NCBI GenBank assembly: GCA_032718475.1
Contig: JAUCBJ010007196.1
Span: forward strand, 1 to 45,931
Source: Nemertoderma westbladi
Taxonomy: Eukaryota > Animalia > Xenacoelomorpha
Direction of reading: 5' to 3'
Length of the DNA stretch: 45,931 bases
This document shows, piece after piece, positions 1 through 10,996 of the stretch. The notes under the pieces are model-generated. The model ran no database searches and was not told the origin of the DNA. It was given only the letters and a program-made list of their open reading frames with translations. The position numbers and the translations under genes were made by a program. Every line of letters begins with the position of its first letter. The first letter of the stretch is position 1.

Positions 1-21
1 GAGGCAGCGGCAGAGGCAAAA

Positions 22-1614
22 GTGGCAGAAGCAGAACGGAAAGCGGCTGAAGAAACCACCCAATTAGAATTGGAAAACATTCAGGAGAATCAAGACTGCA
101 TAAATAAACAGTTAACAGCTAGTAATATGCAGATGATGAATCGATCTACTCCTAAACGACAAGGTTATACATCATCCGAGGAAGGCGATACCACCGACAC
201 TGAAGGCGGAGTAAATCGATCCCGCTTAAGCAGACGTAAAAGAACATTCCACCGACCGAAATTGCCTGATTTGCCTCCAGCTGTTAGAAGGCAACTAAAT
301 AACAACAACTTAGAGAGTACAGAACCCACAGACCAAATAATTACAATAGAAAGACTCCCTACTATAGTAGATGAGCCTGAAATAATTAGGCCTGTTCTTG
401 AAATCACCCCTTCGGTGATAGACATACCTGTGCTCCCTGAAACTACCTCTAAATTCCCTCTGCATAGCACTAAGCTACCTGTGCCCCGCAGAACTGCCCA
501 GGAGACAGTTCAGGTCCTGGACCCCGAGCGAAATATTCACAATTTGTCGCCCGTTGTCCCTCGTCCGCCCGCTACGACGTTGGCGGATCCCGTTTCGGCG
601 GTTGATTGGGTAGACGAGAGACGGCGGGGGATGGATATCCTGCTCGGGCAGATGCAGGAGACTGTCCAGCAATTCAAGGGCACAGTAAGGGAAAGTAGGC
701 TAGAGTTGCAAGAAGTGCAACAAAGTATCGCGCTTGAACGCGATAAATTAGTAAACACCCAAAAGGGTATACCACCACCCTCTGTAACAATGTGTCAACC
801 CGTTAGGTCTGAAGTATCTCATGCGCAAGGTGTGGAGCCTACACGCATATATACTGCTAGCGAAGTAGAAACTCCTATAGTGAACCCTATTAAGGGTAAT
901 TATAGACCTGTTGATAATGACATTCCCTATAGACCTGATCATAATCCGAGAAATTTATATACCGATAACTCGATATTAAATAACACGATGGCCCAAGAAA
1001 GTTTTACGCGTCAAATGGCTAGAACCGAAGCCCGGCAAGCGGTGAAGGTGGGAGAGATAGTCAAATTCAATGGAGATGAGATGAAATGGTTACCTTTTAA
1101 TGAATATTACAAAGATAACATACAGAACTCTGTACTATCTAATGGAGAAAAACTTAGATACCTCATCGAGTGCTTGGAAGGATCTCCCAAGTTAATGGCG
1201 TTAAAGTTTATTGGACATCCAGACGGATTAAGACAAGTTTGGGATACACTAAACATCAGGTATGGTAATAGGACTAACATAGCTAGGTATTTATATGCGA
1301 AATTAATGGCGCCCCGAAAGTTTCTTAGCAGCGGGATTATAGAGTTTTCCGATGAGATTCAGGAGATCTGTAGACAACTAGATTGGTTAGGTAAGTCTCA
1401 TGAATACCAGAATTCTATGGTTGTAGGAGCCTTAGCATCTACTTTGCCCAAGGGTGGAGTAGGTACACGCTGGGACAAGAAGGTGTTATATATGATGGAA
1501 CAACAACAACGAGACCCTACCATGGCTGATCTCATGTCATTCCTGGATGCGAGAAGTGAAATTACAGCTCCTAAGGCAGTCCAGAGAGAAGACAGCGGAA
1601 AACAAGGTAAGTGA
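22..1614 (+). CDS. Gag N-terminal/capsid-like region of E1 (DUF1759-like); frame is open from the window start
   Basis: KFNGDEMKWLPF...SNGEKLRYLIECLEG...WDTLNIRYGN is typical of BEL/Pao Gag and resembles E2 FMGNHKHWRTF...KKFNYLLQML...LSDIYGN. Confidence 0.8.
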   Translation: MAEAERKAAEETTQLELENIQENQDCINKQLTASNMQMMNRSTPKRQGYTSSEEGDTTDTEGGVNRSRLSRRKRTFHRPKLPDLPPAVRRQLNNNNLESTEPTDQIITIERLPTIVDEPEIIRPVLEITPSVIDIPVLPETTSKFPLHSTKLPVPRRTAQETVQVLDPERNIHNLSPVVPRPPATTLADPVSAVDWVDERRRGMDILLGQMQETVQQFKGTVRESRLELQEVQQSIALERDKLVNTQKGIPPPSVTMCQPVRSEVSHAQGVEPTRIYTASEVETPIVNPIKGNYRPVDNDIPYRPDHNPRNLYTDNSILNNTMAQESFTRQMARTEARQAVKVGEIVKFNGDEMKWLPFNEYYKDNIQNSVLSNGEKLRYLIECLEGSPKLMALKFIGHPDGLRQVWDTLNIRYGNRTNIARYLYAKLMAPRKFLSSGIIEFSDEIQEICRQLDWLGKSHEYQNSMVVGALASTLPKGGVGTRWDKKVLYMMEQQQRDPTMADLMSFLDARSEITAPKAVQREDSGKQGK

Positions 1615-3637
1615 GAAACCCGTTTCTAGGAGAAGGGTAATACCAGTATGTTATACCGACGACGGTGAAAGCCAAACTTCTCAAGGAGAGGACAGCGGGA
1701 AAGACACTGACAGATCTTATGTCAATAAAATGCCTAAAGATCAGGTAAGTAAATCCAAGTCTCGACCCAATGACAGAAGGGAACCGGTACAAAAAACCCC
1801 TCCTACGTCTCCTAAAAGAATTCAGGTGAGAAAGCCCGAGGAAAGAACAAGTGTGCACCACATAGCACAGGTTAAAGTAAGTAACATCAAGCCCAAATGT
1901 GTGCTGTGCGACGGGCCCCACCGTTTAAATGCGTGTGATAAATTCCTGAGGAAATCACTAAAGGATAGACGTGAAGTCATGTGGGATAAGCGGTTGTGTT
2001 ATAATTGCCTCAGACGAGGACACCAACGGCGAACCTGTAACTCCGACGCAAGGTGTGCAAAGTGCGGCGCAAAACATCATATCTTGTTGCACACGGAATT
2101 CGAACGAAACAGCCCGAGTCAGGTAAGTGAGTCCGAACTACATGTCCAATTCAGTGATGTGAACGACACTGATCAATCTGAGATGGAAGGATTCTATACG
2201 GACGAGTTCTCCGACCAAAACGAATCCTGTTACCTAATAAACACCACCGCAGTGTATCGAGCACTCGTGTATGAGAAAGACACAGACAGCGACCTTACCT
2301 TAACTACTTCCGATCAACAACCATCTTGGAAAGCGCCAACTTCCAATATAGGAATCCGAGAATTTCCTGTAGTCCAGTTACGGGTCCACGGACCTCAGAA
2401 GAGCTATATAGTGAACGCCCTCCTGGACTCCGGTAGCACAGGAACATTCATCGATAAAGAACTAGCCGAAGTCATCTTTGCTGGACAACCCAAGTTCCGA
2501 ACCAAGCTAAACATGTCAGGGATCATGCAGGTTTGGAATTCTACTGTAGCTGCCGACTATTATATAGGTGAGTTGTCCACCCCCCAGGACGAACTAGGAG
2601 AACATAGCATCAGGTCAGTGAAAATGGTGGCTATAAAGAACTTCGCTACTACTCAAGCAGACCTTTATAATTGGGACGAGGATGAGAGCATCCAACATCT
2701 TAACATACCTCGATTCCAGACTGATTATCCTGGAGTGCAAATACTCATCGGCCAAAACGCGCATGAGGCGCTGGAGACATTAGAGAAACGGCCTGCTCAA
2801 CCGCAGCCACTACAGACCTATGCGGTAAGAACTAGAGTAGGTTGGTACCTTACTGGACCTTCCCGTAGAACGCTCAGGGAAAGACTGCTTCAAGATCGCG
2901 TCTGCCAGGTGAGTGAATGGGAAGACGATACTAGTGAGGGAGACGACCCAACTGAGGGAACACCACACTCCTCAGATAATGACAATCTTAGCTCCAATGT
3001 AGATCAATGGAGATATTGCCCCAAGAAGTTTAATCCAACGGACATCGCTTCCAGAGGAGCAACTCCTCAAGAACTGACAGATACTATAGACCGGTTAGGT
3101 GAACCCGACTTCCTGAGTAAGGAGAATGAATGGCCTCCCCATCTTACTCCGACTGAGATTAGACCAGCCAAGGGAGCGGAGAAAGTTAAACCTAAAACCC
3201 GGACGGGTGGAGCGGAGTTATTTGAACCCGGGATAGATCTGTCGGTATTGCATATTGCCAGGGATGACGCCGTTGATCTGGACCTCCCCACCGCGAGTGG
3301 ATCCTTCATGAAGATCAGAGAGAGCGATTGGAGCTCTGGAACATCAGACGTCTCGCAGGGACTCTCACCTCTCCTGCAGAGAGCAACGGACCACTATAGC
3401 TCCTGGAATCGGCTTTGTGACGCCGTCATATACTTTGAGCGATGTTTCTATCGTCACTATTCCAGGACGAAGAGGAAACCTGGAATTGTATTCAGGATGC
3501 AGCGACTCAATCACCCAGTCGGTCGTTTGTGTTTATCGGAAGGGAATGGAGGACTCTCCGGAAACTGTGGAAGGCAAGATTCTCTTCCCACGACCACCTC
3601 CCTAATCCTTCAAACATCTAGGGACTCCATAACGTAA
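1547..3637 (+). CDS. E1 Zn knuckles + aspartic protease, fused in frame to the post-RNase H linker; chimeric after ~3445
   Basis: CVLCDGPHRLNAC, CYNCLRRGHQRRTC and CAKCGAKHHILLH form the BEL/Pao triple knuckle. ALLDSGS is the protease motif, followed by TRVGWYLTGP and then QWRYCPKKFNPTDIASRG with no RT between. Confidence 0.8.
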   Translation: MREVKLQLLRQSREKTAENKVSEKPVSRRRVIPVCYTDDGESQTSQGEDSGKDTDRSYVNKMPKDQVSKSKSRPNDRREPVQKTPPTSPKRIQVRKPEERTSVHHIAQVKVSNIKPKCVLCDGPHRLNACDKFLRKSLKDRREVMWDKRLCYNCLRRGHQRRTCNSDARCAKCGAKHHILLHTEFERNSPSQVSESELHVQFSDVNDTDQSEMEGFYTDEFSDQNESCYLINTTAVYRALVYEKDTDSDLTLTTSDQQPSWKAPTSNIGIREFPVVQLRVHGPQKSYIVNALLDSGSTGTFIDKELAEVIFAGQPKFRTKLNMSGIMQVWNSTVAADYYIGELSTPQDELGEHSIRSVKMVAIKNFATTQADLYNWDEDESIQHLNIPRFQTDYPGVQILIGQNAHEALETLEKRPAQPQPLQTYAVRTRVGWYLTGPSRRTLRERLLQDRVCQVSEWEDDTSEGDDPTEGTPHSSDNDNLSSNVDQWRYCPKKFNPTDIASRGATPQELTDTIDRLGEPDFLSKENEWPPHLTPTEIRPAKGAEKVKPKTRTGGAELFEPGIDLSVLHIARDDAVDLDLPTASGSFMKIRESDWSSGTSDVSQGLSPLLQRATDHYSSWNRLCDAVIYFERCFYRHYSRTKRKPGIVFRMQRLNHPVGRLCLSEGNGGLSGNCGRQDSLPTTTSLILQTSRDSIT

Positions 3638-4187
3638 CAACATATGGAGTGGGTGTGTGACTCTATTATTTTATATTATTTTATTATTTTTATATTTATG
3701 TATGTATTACTATGTAATTCTATTATAATCGTTTTCTTTAATTTTATTCAGTAGAATGTTATTTTAGCGATTATTTAGTAGATTAGTGCAATATATATTC
3801 GCGTTTATTACTTAATTACGTATATATTATATTTAATGCGACGGCAAGAAATAATTCTTTTCCTTCTTCCTTACTGTCCGTATTACATTACAAATACGTA
3901 ACTACAGTAAGATGAAATGTCCGTACTTATTAAAGTACAATAAAGCCACTACTATATTCAAGTATTATTGGTAGGCAGAGTATTAGGAATGCAAAGTTCA
4001 GATCCTCGTGTCTCGGCTAAACCAAGCTCTGGGTAGACCTTGGAAACGACTTGCCTCTTCACACTGACATTGCTTCGTGCGATATTGCTCTCATACCGTA
4101 TATTAAATAATACATATAGTAGCGTGATGTCCCTTTAACAGTAGCGTATAACGCAAAATAAATCTGTTAAACCCTTTGACCATCTGT

Positions 4188-4470
4188 AATTCTAGTCGAT
4201 TAAGATATCGCGGCACCCACCGATATACTTGAAAGACAAATTCTAGAATCAGTGGTTAACGTCCCCAGACAAGTTCTGGAATAAATCGGTGCCCATCTCA
4301 AATATTAATTAGTTAATATTTACAAATCAAATAAATCAAAATCTGTAAAATTCAGATCCTTCAACAATTCTAGTCAATTAAGATATCGTAGCATTTACCG
4401 ATATTCTTAAAGAGACAGTTTTCTTAGAATTAAGGATCTTGTGTCCCTAGACAAGTTCTAGAATCAAAAT
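4188..4470. repeat. Diverged tandem duplication, ~180-bp period
   Basis: aattctagtc(g/a)attaagatatcg...agacaagttct at ~4188 and ~4366. Confidence 0.65.
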
Positions 4471-5292
4471 ATGTCCATTTAATTATCAAATAATAAAATT
4501 TCAGGGAATAAATTTAAATTCATGTCTTTTAATGAATTTAATAAATTGCCATTTTACGCAATTTATAACATTCCCAAAATTCCATTAATTAATAGATCAA
4601 GGGAGCGGAGATTTATATTATTATGCGTATGCGTGTACGAAAGTCTCCCAAACATAGTTAATAGCCGATAAAATTCGTAAAGTCATGTATAAACAGGACA
4701 TTGACTATTAAAGAATTACTATTAAATAACATCCCAGATCTGTATGCATTGGAATCACCCTAATTCTACCGCTAGCTTTGCATAATGTCACCATAGCAAC
4801 AACCACGCTAGAATTAGAATTGAGTTAAAAGAACAATAGAAAGCTTGTCCCATTGAATAGCATAGGGAATAAATAGTGCACTACTAGTATCCAAGGATAC
4901 ATAATAATACAGTGACATTCTGGAAGGCATTGACTAACGGACAAGTGACCCGAGTGTGTGTAATTTGTGACAAGTTGTGTGTGTGGTACTTGTGAGCTTA
5001 TAGGCGAATGTTACTACTAAGGTGTGTTTACAGTAGCAAGTCGCAATCGTAAAGTAACCTAACTCTCCAAGGAAAACCTGAAGTACATCTAAGCCTTTGG
5101 GACGGACAGTTGAGTGACTTGTGCCGGTTGTCGTTGTCGTTGTGCGGCTACGTCGTTGGCGAAAGTACAGCGGCGACGACACATCGGCGCTGAGGATCTC
5201 GTACTGTCCGGGGGTTAATTGGAGTAGGCAGCGACGCCCGCTCGCCTAAATGTGGACTCATTATAATATGGACAAACTCATATATAGCAGAT

Positions 5293-6540
5293 ATGACGGA
5301 GTTGATAGAAGATGGTCTTGGTATCGGGGAGCGATATACTCTACTTTTGCAAGCGTTTGTTGATAGCTTAATACGCGGCGACGTTAGTCCAACTGCTGCG
5401 GAGGACGATGGTCGTTATATCGAACCGCCAAGGTCCCAAGAGCAGCTCACGCGTGAGTTGGACTATAGAAAATTCGCTGCTCGATATACGCAGCGTAATG
5501 GTACGTATATGGGCTTCTTAACTACTGGTCATCCTATCGATTTACACAATACGGACTATGTCGACTATATATCCTGCCCAGCGGAGTCGGAACCATAAAC
5601 TGAAATTCGAATGCGAAAATTCTATTCGAAATCGACTCTAAAGAAAAGACACTAAAGAAACAAATGGACGCGGTAACTCCAACGTATATTTGGAATTCTT
5701 GATAGAAGCATTGTAACAACAAACAAATATCACCCGCGTTTACCCTACCAGACGTGCGTCTTTGGTATTATTACGATAAATGCCCTAGACCCAACTAATA
5801 AACGGAAAGACATAAACATCCACGTAAACCGAAACTTGTTGACGTATCACCCATGCTCACTCGGCTCGAACGATCCTGGAGTAAACCTATGATCAGAGTC
5901 CCGGAATACTCGGTCAAACCTCCTCATTCCTTAGTTGGACCTCAGACCTGCGATCTTGGTGGTGTCGCGGATCCTCGCGGCCTGTATTCACTGTTCAAAG
6001 ATCTAGTGCTACCCTAACAATTAATCGGTAACACTCCGACAGTGATTTCTAGCTAGCCGCCCATCTTACCTAGCTGGATTATGACGCAGACACCTAATAT
6101 CACTATCCAACCGTATGGTCGTCCCGTTTAACGCGATACAACCCCTCATCAAGGTGAAGGAGAGCGTTGTACGAAACGAGTTAAACGCTATTTTATAAAG
6201 ATCAAAAAGGAAACCTGCGTTTGTTCAGATAAACGTAAGTTATAACAGTGAGTCCAATCGATAATCGAATTGGCATTATCTCAATTCGATTGGGAAATCC
6301 AGAATCTCTAAGAAGTTGTCGAACTTGGACGATCCTATTCTCTGCGAGAGTTTTTGGATGAACGTATCCAGCTACGAGCGGAAGAAAATCAGCTCGAGGA
6401 GAAGCATATCGAAACGGCAGATACCTCGACCACAATCCTACACCTTCTGATGCAATCATATTGCACCCTTCACCCAGGAGTTATGGCCCTCCTAGTAAAG
6501 TGGCTCCCCCCAAAGAGAAAAAGACTCTTGCTAGCCTCAA
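5293..6540 (+). pseudogene. Degenerate accessory ORF of unknown function in the 3' region of EN
   Basis: GC-richer, coding-like fragments (5293-5598 and 6354 onward) between the integrase tail and PPT; no recognisable domain. Confidence 0.35.
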
Positions 6541-6647
6541 AAAACTGCGTAAACGCCGTCTGCGTAAGAAAGACTAACTGTTTAGAGTATCTTTATGTTT
6601 TAGAAACTGTGATTTTTATATTTTATAGACTGAAAATCCCATTTTCT

Positions 6648-6655
6648 GGGAGCGG
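6648..6655 (+). promoter_or_regulatory. Polypurine-tract-like motif GGGAGCGG
   Basis: Directly abuts the TGT start of LTR-A; same core as 10990-10996. Confidence 0.65.
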
Positions 6656-7911
6656 TGTAAAAGCCTTTGCTGAATTGCCCCGTTATTTTTATTATCTTTT
6701 ACATTAAAATACTCTGTAGTTGATTTAATAAGTGTAAGAGACCGTATTATTGCTGTATCGGTGTTTTTAGAGGATCTAAGACCTATTTCCTCCGTATGTG
6801 TACTGTGAAAGGCATATTTTATGATTCTATGGCAATTCGTGACGCAAAAGGGTGATAGCTACTCTTGAACAGTAGTTACTATGACTACGGTTAACAGCTG
6901 ACATTCATACGTGTTGATTTCCTTTGTTCTACGGCGTCTCTCATTTCAGTCAGCCAATGAGAGCGTTTTTGTGGCTCCTTGTACAGAAAATTTCCGAGAA
7001 ATGACGCAATGCCTATGTGCAGTGTTTACATTCAGTCTTGAGCCAAAGAAAGAACGGCTTGAAAGTATTTTGTGCTGTACTGCTTTTTAGTCGTACACTA
7101 GTAGGTTTAATTATAAAGGGCATATATCCTTTAACGGACCTGCATGCCTATGTCTGCAATTTAACATACCTGATGACTGCAAACTGACTACTTGAATATC
7201 TCATGCCTATGTGCACTGACATACCGGTACTGATTTGTTGTTTTATACTGCTATTTGCTGTCAGTTCTTCATAATATGGTTGATGAATAATTATATTTGG
7301 AATAACGATAAATAACCCCGCAACCCAATATTCTTGATATACCTAAGGTAAGAGAGAAAGGTTACCAATAACGATTGTGACTTATGTTAAAGTGGTTTGA
7401 AGTGAATCTAATGTTATTTGATAGACCCTACATGAGTCAGCCTGTGTTCCTTTTATATGTGACTAAAATCAGTGAAGATTGGCAGATTAGTGTGCAGTAT
7501 TGTGCAGCATAGTGTATGAGTGAGTCTGTTAAAGAAGCAATTCCTAAAGAATGCGCCATATATGTGGATTATAATTAAGCCATATCGTTGCGAGTAGTTT
7601 AAGTCATAACTCTGTTTATATAGATAAAGCGCCACGTCCTAAAGGAACTGTTAATATTACCGAAGGTGAATAATATTGTCAGAGATTATATAATACTGTC
7701 AGTCGAATAATACATTAGGCTTACATAGCAATAAAATTAAACCGTCGAACCCAATCTCCCGGGAATATCCAGCGGGTGAATGGTCGCGCACGGATTGGTT
7801 TCGACTAGTGTAGTGAATCAAATACTTGTCATAGACTAAAAAGCAGATTTATTATCTAGAAGACATTCTAATTTGGCGGGTTAAACTGCCAAAGGTCTGA
7901 AAGCGCGAACA
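6656..7911 (+). repeat. LTR-A, 3' LTR of EN (~1.25 kb)
   Basis: TGT...ACA termini; near-identical direct copy at 42132-43348 with sharp shared boundaries; preceded by a PPT. Confidence 0.9.
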
Positions 7912-7958
7912 AGTTCACAGCGATCAACCAAGGTAAACAGATTAAGTCTTCACCGATT

Positions 7959-9233
7959 TTGAGTTGGAGTCCGATTATTTACCGGGGCTTACTTTGTCAC
8001 AAGTCCAGACTCCAAAACATCGACTTTGCACTTGACTTCAGGTATCCTATCATCATACCGCAACACCATGAATTACAACGCGCTATGATACTGGACGCAC
8101 ATGTACAACTCAAACACGTGGGTAGACACCACTGTCTATCACACTTACGCTCAAGGTTTGTACTGATTAGACCTAGTAAGGCACTGAGTTCGGTAACACG
8201 GAACTGTATGATTTGTAAGAAGGTGCACGCGAGGATAGGACACCAAGAAATGAGTGAACTACCATTAGCTAGATTACAGGCATTTAGACCCCCTTTCACT
8301 GAGACAGGGATAGACTGTTTTGGACCCATAATCGCGAAACGCGGAAGTGTACAGGTAAAACGTTGGGGATTGATCTTCACTTGCATGGCCAGCAGAGCTG
8401 TCCATATTGAGCGTGTGACAGATTTAACCACCAATGCCTTTATCCTAGCCTTACGGCGATTTATCGCTAGACGTGGATTGGTCAAATCCATTTACTGTGA
8501 CCAAGGGACAAACTTTGTGGGTGCACGGAACGAGATAACCAGAGCTTTGAGAAAGTTGGACCAAAACCAGATTTCCGAGGAACTACGTCCTCACCGTATT
8601 GTTTGGTATTTTAACACTCCATACAGTCCGTTGAGAGGCGGCGTTTGGGAAAGGCTGATTGGCTCAATAAAAACAGCTATGGCTAAAGTGATACCGACGC
8701 AACACATTATGACAGACGACCAACTGACGACGTTACTAATAGAAATCGAAGCGATCTTAAACACTAGACCGATCGCTTTGATCCCAGACAATAACGACGC
8801 ACAGTTTGCCTTGACACCAGCGCACCTGCTTATGCAGGCGCCGACAACATTGTTGCCCATTTCGGTACCCGTTGATTGTGACGGATACGGCAACAAAGCT
8901 TGGAAAATCACTCAATTGCTTGCAAATAAATTCTGGGAAATATGGCAGAAATATTATTTGCCCTCTATTTCGACCAGAACCTCTTGGTATCTTAATACCC
9001 GATGTTTAAGACGTGGTGACCATGTTTTATTGGCTGAAGCCAATCTGAAAAGACGGTTTTGGCTGACTGGAGTCATTTTGACCACGCACCCTACATCTGG
9101 TGTAGTGAGGACAGTTACTGTAAGGACTATCGACGGTCGTACCGTAGACAGACCTGTACAACGTCTCGTGCTCCTTGAGGAGACTAGAAACGAGACAGGA
9201 GACTACAAATCTCCACCCAATATTAGTAAATAG
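7959..9233 (+). CDS. Integrase of E1, intact frame (pol frame extends back to ~7914)
   Basis: HHCC finger (DAHVQLKHVG...CMIC), catalytic TGIDCFGP / YCDQGTNF / GGVWERLI, LNTRP, and a C-terminal GVVRTVTV...RPVQRLVLL domain. Confidence 0.93.
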   Translation: MSWSPIIYRGLLCHKSRLQNIDFALDFRYPIIIPQHHELQRAMILDAHVQLKHVGRHHCLSHLRSRFVLIRPSKALSSVTRNCMICKKVHARIGHQEMSELPLARLQAFRPPFTETGIDCFGPIIAKRGSVQVKRWGLIFTCMASRAVHIERVTDLTTNAFILALRRFIARRGLVKSIYCDQGTNFVGARNEITRALRKLDQNQISEELRPHRIVWYFNTPYSPLRGGVWERLIGSIKTAMAKVIPTQHIMTDDQLTTLLIEIEAILNTRPIALIPDNNDAQFALTPAHLLMQAPTTLLPISVPVDCDGYGNKAWKITQLLANKFWEIWQKYYLPSISTRTSWYLNTRCLRRGDHVLLAEANLKRRFWLTGVILTTHPTSGVVRTVTVRTIDGRTVDRPVQRLVLLEETRNETGDYKSPPNISK

Positions 9234-9893
9234 ATGTGGGACCTTTGTTGGCCGCCACATAGACCTACCGTATTTTAGTTATTTTGTATTTGTATTACTG
9301 TATGTGCATTTGTAATCCTCTTCACTGTAGATAGAGACAGCGGTGGAATTCCATTGTCTTTATATGTGAACATGGAGGGTAGTACCCTTATGTATCACGT
9401 AGGAGCGGGATTGTGTGTACAGTAGGAATGGAATTCCACTTGGGACCCACAAGTGAGACAATTTTTCAAAAATTATTAGACAAATCCATTTGGTTGGATT
9501 TAAATTTAGAATTTTCTAGAATACAGCTAGATAAAAAATTAAAATTGGGGAGGACAAGAGCGGATGGAAGGCTTGCGAGCCTACCGATAAATTTTTTTTG
9601 GAAAAGAAAACCGGCCTTGTTCTACGTAGTTGTGTCTACTATTATTTAGACCAATTAATTCTCGACTGCACTATTTTCTTTCGGGAATGTAGCATGGGAA
9701 ATTAAAAGGTGAGTATTTTAGACTCATGGCTAGTTTACCCGGAATTCGTTTTTTATCGGCACATTTTTTGGATTAGGGGCCAGTGCGAAATCACGCGAAC
9801 CCGAAGTCATTAGGCAAATGGGTAGGGGTTTTAGAGCAAAGTTGAGCCAAAAGCCGACAAAACTCTAAGTCTCCTCACATCTAACCTCTGTTT

Positions 9894-10271
9894 GTGCTTC
9901 CTCTAGTAGAAACACTATTATCAGGGATCCACGCAGGAATAGGAGCACCAGGCGCCGTTCAACCGATATGGGGCCAAAACTTTAACCTGTTTGGAGTGGA
10001 GAGTATGGCTAGGAGTACAGCCAAGCTCGCTAAATCCAAGGCGGATCCAAACATCACGCGACAGCGATTGGACGCTTATAACAAAAGAGCGGAGGAGTTA
10101 CGCGCGGAGTTCAAAGCGTTGTACACCTACGATGCGTTATGCGACGCCAGCGACGTTTGCGAGAACCCCGAGCCAATATTAGCGCGTTGCCCAAACCACC
10201 AAAGTCTGCGTTACCAAGAAGGCGGTCGTTTCATTTCCCGGTATTCTAGAACCGCAGGCAACTCGACGTAG
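9894..10271 (+). pseudogene. Internally deleted remnant of the accessory ORF (ATG at 10005)
   Basis: NPEPILARCPNHQSLRYQEGG matches E2 NPEPILMRCQAHQFLRYNEGG; LRAEFK..YD aligns with E2 LRKEYR..YN. Confidence 0.7.
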
Positions 10272-10996
10272 GAACCACCAACAGCTCGACACCAAAGTCC
10301 GAGTCCAGTTCGATCCCGACCACCACCCAATCGTATTAGAGGACGTGGACGAGCCCGTTCGACCAAGGATTAGGAGAGCGAGATGAAGGAAGGAAGGCTT
10401 GCGAGCCTACCGATTGGATATTATATTTGAATATTATATTTGGTATTGTATTGGACGTTACGTTTGGATGTTGGTTTTGGAGGAGCGAGATAGAGAAGGA
10501 AGGCTTGCGAGCCTACCGTTAGCAATTAGTGCTCAGGAGAAGACATCCAGACCAGCAGGACGAACTATTTAGATCGTCAGGAGGACACTTTAAGACTTAT
10601 TTTAAGGATTTTAGCGCCTTATGTTTATTTTATATTTGAACTGATTTAATTTGGTGGAAGTTTATTATGTATATTTACAATATATAAAGATTTATTGAAA
10701 GATTGAAATTATTTGTTTGATTTGTTCTAATTTGTTTTGATCTAATTTGTTTAATTTGTTTATCTTGATAACCGAAAGCCTTTTTTGTATTTTATGCACT
10801 AAAGTTGATTTGTAAATTTGTATTTTGTATGTACGATGGGTTGTATTTACGCTGTACCTGCAATATTAAGTATGCAATAATTAGATAGTGATTGTTTTAT
10901 ATTTTAGGCCCTACCAGTAGATTTAGAAGTATTTGTATAAATAGTTTTGTATTTCGATTGGCGAAAACAGTCTTACTTACTGTTTTCATGGAGCGG

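Larger units (their letters stand above)
3445..7911 (+). mobile_element. EN: 3' half of a nested LTR-A-family element (integrase tail, long 3' region, PPT, 3' LTR); its 5' part is lost
   Basis: Alternative-frame peptide IVTIPGRRGN...SITQSVVCVY resembles a BEL/Pao integrase C-terminus. It ends in PPT + LTR-A, and E1 pol resumes right after 7911. The left junction is approximate. Confidence 0.6.
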
